From a virus (Duplodnaviria > Caudoviricetes), in the IMG/VR virus record IMGVR_UViG_3300025168_000100, positions 1-57,893 of that record: 57,893 nucleotides of DNA; one strand, written 5' to 3'. Positions 54,674 through 57,893 of this stretch are shown in pieces. The notes under the pieces are model-generated. The model searched no databases. It saw only the letters and a list, made by a program, of their open reading frames with translations, and had not been told where the DNA came from. The position numbers and the translations under genes were made by a program. Numbering within the stretch: the first letter of the stretch is position 1; the number at the start of each line of letters is the position of its first letter.

Positions 54674-54832
54674 TTACCTTTTAGATTTCTTAGCGTAGTT
54701 AGGGTCTTTGCAATATTTACTCGCAGCCATATTCGCATAAGCTGAAGGATACGTATCAAACGTACGCTTTGCCCAAGCAATGCCTGCTGCACATATCTTG
54801 TTCCCTTTTTTTTTAGTTCTTCCCTTAGCCAT
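54674..54832 (-). CDS. 52-aa basic peptide (YPSAYAN motif)
   Basis: MAKGRTKKKGNKICAAGIAWAKRTFDTYPSAYANMAASKYCK...; TAATG overlap. Confidence 0.7.
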   Translation of the reverse strand: MAKGRTKKKGNKICAAGIAWAKRTFDTYPSAYANMAASKYCKDPNYAKKSKR

Positions 54833-55431
54833 TACAACAAGTCACTTTCATTTATTAAAGTATATGTGAAACAATTTTTCCATATGTCTTTTGAATGCTC
54901 ACACGTACGTATAAACTTATTGTACGAAGATACGTTTTTAAATACTTGGCATCCCGCGCTCCATTTGTTTACCTGACTACTCTCTGTGCGAGGATTACTC
55001 CTATGAATGTTTATCCCAAACAATCCTTTATCAAGAGTCTCAGGATTCATATCTAATGTGTTGTCTGTGTCGTTATCTCTATATACCTCCACGTCTAGCT
55101 TTTGAACGAGAGCAAGATACTCACCTCTATGGAAACCCAATTGATAAGCACCCCTATACTGATTGCACTTAAGTATAGCACAACCTTTTTTACTCATAGG
55201 GTTCTTTAACCAATGAGTACCCGCATCCGTCGTAATAGCAAACTCATTAACCTGCCACTCATCATTAACTTTATAAATACATAAAAGCGTATCGTCAAAC
55301 TTGTTCGCCTCCCGACTAGAAGAACGAACCCCTATGATGTTTAAGTTGTAATCACCACGAGTGAAAAAAGAATAACCCTTGCTCTCAATAACACTCTTTA
55401 TCTTATCTACTATTATTTTATTTTTTAGCAT
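54832..55431 (-). CDS. Putative endolysin, L,D-transpeptidase (YkuD)-like Cys peptidase
   Basis: GINIH...WSAGCQV His/Cys motif; start moved to ATG 55431, 4 nt after the -7 box. Confidence 0.7.
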   Translation of the reverse strand: MLKNKIIVDKIKSVIESKGYSFFTRGDYNLNIIGVRSSSREANKFDDTLLCIYKVNDEWQVNEFAITTDAGTHWLKNPMSKKGCAILKCNQYRGAYQLGFHRGEYLALVQKLDVEVYRDNDTDNTLDMNPETLDKGLFGINIHRSNPRTESSQVNKWSAGCQVFKNVSSYNKFIRTCEHSKDIWKNCFTYTLINESDLL

Positions 55432-55457
55432 AGAGCAAATATACACTACCCTAACCG

Positions 55458-55628
55458 TGCTTGTTTAGAGTACCCCATATAGTAGTAGTAGTAGTAGTGA
55501 GTAGATATATTTTTTATTGGTGGAGAAATAGAACTATTTTTTAACATTTTGAGCATCTCTCTAAAAATCAATAAGTTATAAATTAAGAATCAACACAACT
55601 TAACATAAAACCAACATCACCTTAACAT
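55458..55628. other. Origin-like module B
   Basis: (TAG)6 tract, T-rich stretch, perfect IHF consensus AATCAA-taag-TTA (55566-55578), four YYAACAY repeats at 10-11 bp spacing. Confidence 0.5.
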
Positions 55629-55635
55629 ATATAAA

Positions 55636-55658
55636 GCAAAAGAGGGCCTAAGCCCTCT
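55636..55658 (-). terminator. Intrinsic terminator
   Basis: AGAGGGC-ttag-GCCCTCT followed by a short U-run on the - strand. Confidence 0.65.
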
Positions 55659-55687
55659 CCTGTCTTTTAATCAACAAGGGGTCAATC

Positions 55688-55867
55688 CTACCCCATGAAG
55701 TCTTTCATGTCTCTCTCTCGCATGTTAGCAAGAACATTTCCCGCGGCAATCATCTCAACCTTCTCGGCTGTACGCTGTGCCTTTCTTATAGCACATGCTC
55801 TCTGTATTCCCGTAGTACCCGGAGACATATCAGGACGCTGCCATCCAAACTTATCCATGTTTTCCAT
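55688..55867 (-). CDS. 59-aa hypothetical protein
   Basis: Hand translation MENMDKFGWQRPD...; followed by the terminator. Confidence 0.55.
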   Translation of the reverse strand: MENMDKFGWQRPDMSPGTTGIQRACAIRKAQRTAEKVEMIAAGNVLANMRERDMKDFMG

Positions 55868-55872
55868 GTTTC

Positions 55873-56007
55873 CTATTTTTTAAAGTGTACACTAATTAGT
55901 CCTAAGTACAAAATCAACTCATAATAGTCCGCAACTTCCTCCGGTCCGTAATAAGAGAAGCCTAATGCAAAGCCTATATGAATTCTGTTCTGTATCTCGA
56001 TGAACAT
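55873..56007 (-). CDS. 44-aa hydrophobic peptide
   Basis: MFIEIQNRIHIGFALGFSYY...ELILYLGLISVHFKK; TATCTTTG 5 nt upstream. Confidence 0.6.
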   Translation of the reverse strand: MFIEIQNRIHIGFALGFSYYGPEEVADYYELILYLGLISVHFKK

Positions 56008-56029
56008 TCCATCAAAGATACAAAATATA

Positions 56030-56360
56030 TATTAGATATATAGACTGTTTGGGTTCCCTATGGATATACGTGACGACTGCAAGTTTGGAAACCGAAAAAA
56101 AAATCGAGGGGGGGGTGCTCTTTTCAGTCGGGCGGGGTGGATTGTTTGGCGTTTTTCTGTGGCGCTACTCCCTAGCGTAGCCCCTTGCGCCCTTGCCCCG
56201 TGACGGTGCGCCCTGTGTCCCTCCATGCGCCCCTAGTTCACCCGTTGAACCTTCCTCCGCTCCCGTTATCCCGTCAGAGAGTAAGAAGGGAAGGGTAGCC
56301 CCTGCACCCCTTGTAACCCCTCTAAACATTGGGCAGGGATTGCGAGCCCCTTATTTAGAA
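56030..56360. other. GC-rich non-coding divergence region; candidate physical genome end or packaging region
   Basis: Lies between the divergent arms; A9-TCGA-G8 tract, TGCGCCC x3, periodic CCCCT. Confidence 0.45.
56236..56250. promoter_or_regulatory. GTTCA-N5-TGAAC palindrome (copy 1)
   Basis: GTTCAcccgtTGAAC. Confidence 0.65.
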
Positions 56361-56392
56361 TGATTATTGATAACAAAAATACTTGCCTACAA

Positions 56393-56425
56393 TTTGGAGA
56401 TAGACAAAAGATGTACTTATATTGC
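56393..56425 (+). promoter_or_regulatory. First early promoter
   Basis: TTTG(56393-56396)-21 nt-TATATTGC, with TAGACAAAAGAT in the spacer. Confidence 0.7.
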
Positions 56426-56453
56426 ACCATCATTAAACAAAAACAAAGTAAAA

Positions 56454-56792
56454 ATGAGCAACTATAGCGAACTAAAAAACAGATTTTCAAGAGAGCAACT
56501 AGCACTGTGTGAGGTAATCAGACGTAACAGACAGGAATCCCTAAAGGTGGATAATATATTTATCTCAGGCGGTTCAATCTCGAAAGTATGCCTGCGAATT
56601 AACGCAACGCTTATCATCGAATTAACTGATATCGAGGCACAAACCCAAGCGGACAACTATATTAACGCAGTCCTTGAAGATGATTTTGCACTAGAGAACA
56701 CTTTTAGCATCTTGAAGGATTACGATTTTGGCGGTGATGGCGCAGACCTGAGCAGAATACAAATCAAGTCTTTCGAGTACCTTAAGGACTAG
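56454..56792 (+). CDS. First early gene, hypothetical (start moved to ATG 56454)
   Basis: ATG after an A-rich leader downstream of the promoter. Confidence 0.75.
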   Translation: MSNYSELKNRFSREQLALCEVIRRNRQESLKVDNIFISGGSISKVCLRINATLIIELTDIEAQTQADNYINAVLEDDFALENTFSILKDYDFGGDGADLSRIQIKSFEYLKD

Positions 56793-56806
56793 TTCACCGA
56801 CTGAAC
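56792..56806. promoter_or_regulatory. GTTCA-N5-TGAAC palindrome (copy 2)
   Basis: GTTCAccgacTGAAC, core identical to the copy at 1097; overlaps the TAG stop. Confidence 0.75.
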
Positions 56807-56810
56807 CACA

Positions 56811-56857
56811 AGCGGAGGTAGTGCGTGCCTCGTACGGATTCGCTCCCGTGCTCCGCT
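56811..56857 (+). ncRNA. tRNA-like 7+5 bp element E3
   Basis: AGCGGAG/CTCCGCT stacked on TACGG-ATTCGCTC-CCGTG; homologous to E4. Confidence 0.7.
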
Positions 56858-56884
56858 CAAATTATTAACCTAAAAATTTCAATT

Positions 56885-57184
56885 ATGAATCAATCAATTA
56901 AAGCCGAATTAATCGAGCACATCAACGAGTTTGATGGAGAGTCAAAAAACCACTTCACTATGTTCAATGAAGACTATTATATTATTGGCTATTATCAAGC
57001 CGAGCAATGGTTGAAGCGTCATAATATCGGAGAGCTTGAAGCGGTTGCAATATGCAACGAGTACGAGCGTGAGCATTTTGGAGAGGTGCAGAGTACGTTT
57101 GAGGATGCGGAAAAGCTAGTTAATCATCTAGTTTATTGGTTTGGTCAAGACCTTTGCAACGAATTAGAGATACCCAATGAATAA
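56885..57184 (+). CDS. Acidic early protein, possible Ocr-like DNA mimic
   Basis: 99 aa, Glu/Asp-rich, FNEDYYIIGYYQAEQWL; second gene of the early arm. Confidence 0.6.
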   Translation: MNQSIKAELIEHINEFDGESKNHFTMFNEDYYIIGYYQAEQWLKRHNIGELEAVAICNEYEREHFGEVQSTFEDAEKLVNHLVYWFGQDLCNELEIPNE

Positions 57185-57261
57185 GGATAGCCACACGATG
57201 AGCAACGGCGATTTACTCGCCTTGCTTCTGTTCATCCCCTTGTTACTTTTATGCTGCTGCA

Positions 57262-57293
57262 TTTGGTAATAGACAAAAGATAGACTATATTTG
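57262..57293 (+). promoter_or_regulatory. Consensus Bacteroidota promoter
   Basis: TTTG-20 nt-TATATTTG, an exact match to TTTG-N19-21-TAnnTTTG. Confidence 0.85.
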
Positions 57294-57304
57294 TACAAAC
57301 ATTA

Positions 57305-57352
57305 AGCGGTGGGAGTGCGCCCCCTCGCAAAGATTCGCCCCTTTGCACCGCT
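57305..57352 (+). ncRNA. tRNA-like 7+5 bp element E4
   Basis: AGCGGTG/CACCGCT stacked on CAAAG-ATTCGCCC-CTTTG; compensatory changes relative to E3. Confidence 0.7.
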
Positions 57353-57367
57353 CTAAATTAAATCGGA

Positions 57368-57382
57368 GTTCACCAAGTGAAC
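57368..57382. promoter_or_regulatory. GTTCA-N5-TGAAC palindrome (copy 3)
   Basis: GTTCAC-caa-GTGAAC, 17 nt before ATG 57400. Confidence 0.75.
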
Positions 57383-57399
57383 CCACAAAATAAAATCAT

Positions 57400-57893
57400 A
57401 TGAGCAATTTTTTACAATGCGATGAAGTTCTAAAAGGGCTGAACATCGAAGCGGTTAAAACCCTACAGAAGACCACTAACAAGAGTGAACGTGAAGTCTT
57501 TGACATGAAGATACAGCTATCAAAATTGATAGGTAAATCTATAGAGTGGTATAACTCACCCGAAGGAAAAGTACAACGTGAACTAAGCGAAATAACGTGG
57601 AACGTCTCAGACATGGCTAAGGAAGTTTACAATCTAGGTAAGACTCAACTATACACATACAACAAAGTATGTAAGGCGTTGAACGAAAACAAAGATATCC
57701 TTAAGGATTATACCACCTTTGTACGCAACGAAAAAAGAGCGGGTGAAAGTGAGGTGTATTCGCTTAATGGATTCATTAGATACGTTGCTGAAGAAACTGC
57801 GGCGCATAGTGACGATGATAAGCCCGAGATATTGATACGCTTTGCAATGGGCAAAGGCAAGGACGCCATAAAGTTCAGCGTGCTAGATAATAG
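57400..57893 (+). CDS. 5' part of the junction-spanning early gene (continues as 1-628)
   Basis: MSNFLQCDEVLKGLNIE...; open to the end of the window. Confidence 0.9.
   Translation, partial: MSNFLQCDEVLKGLNIEAVKTLQKTTNKSEREVFDMKIQLSKLIGKSIEWYNSPEGKVQRELSEITWNVSDMAKEVYNLGKTQLYTYNKVCKALNENKDILKDYTTFVRNEKRAGESEVYSLNGFIRYVAEETAAHSDDDKPEILIRFAMGKGKDAIKFSVLDN
57405..57893. repeat. Terminal direct repeat / circular overlap, right copy
   Basis: Matches 1-489. Confidence 0.97.

Noticed and set aside
56032-56505. ORFs 56032-56226 and 56266-56505 in the GC-rich island
   Set aside because: Atypical composition, run through homopolymers and promoter DNA, and lack plausible leaders; treated as non-coding.
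1-57893. Prophage/integration module, stop-codon reassignment, introns/inteins or a diversity-generating retroelement
   Set aside because: No integrase, reverse transcriptase or host flanks were recognised. Standard-code ORFs tile the genome densely, and core genes look uninterrupted.

Overview
The window is an apparently complete lytic phage genome with a unit length of about 57,404 bp. Positions 1-489 recur at 57405-57893, but as a second allele with about 16 mostly synonymous substitutions. The likely host is a Bacteroidota (probably marine Flavobacteriia) bacterium, judged from TTG-N20-TAnnTTTG promoters, AT-rich leaders without Shine-Dalgarno sites, a BT4734/VirE-type primase and a T9SS-like sorting signal. 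There are two arms. The + arm (56454 across the junction to 15194) carries small early genes, a recombination/replication module (SSAP, RecE-like exonuclease, SSB, primase-helicase, SF2 helicase, nucleases, two DnaA domain IV proteins) and an adjacent SET-domain plus RMT2/GAMT-like methyltransferase pair. The - arm (56007 to 15243) carries a putative endolysin, many small Lys/Arg-rich proteins, GroEL/GroES, a head spike base and LamG fibre, an envelope module (beta-barrel, TM-coiled coil, Cys-less thioredoxin, T9SS-like cargo), a holin, and a podovirus/crAss-like morphogenesis block (TerL, portal, scaffold, capsid, rings, muzzle, ejection proteins). I recognised no DNA polymerase, RNA polymerase, integrase, true tRNA or CRISPR array. 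The most striking unexplained signals are non-coding: four tRNA-like (acceptor stem + T-arm) elements between early genes, two of them with compensatory base changes; a GTTCA-N5-TGAAC palindrome seen five times in the early region; and two similarly built origin-like modules. All family assignments come from motif recognition by eye; no database searches were run.
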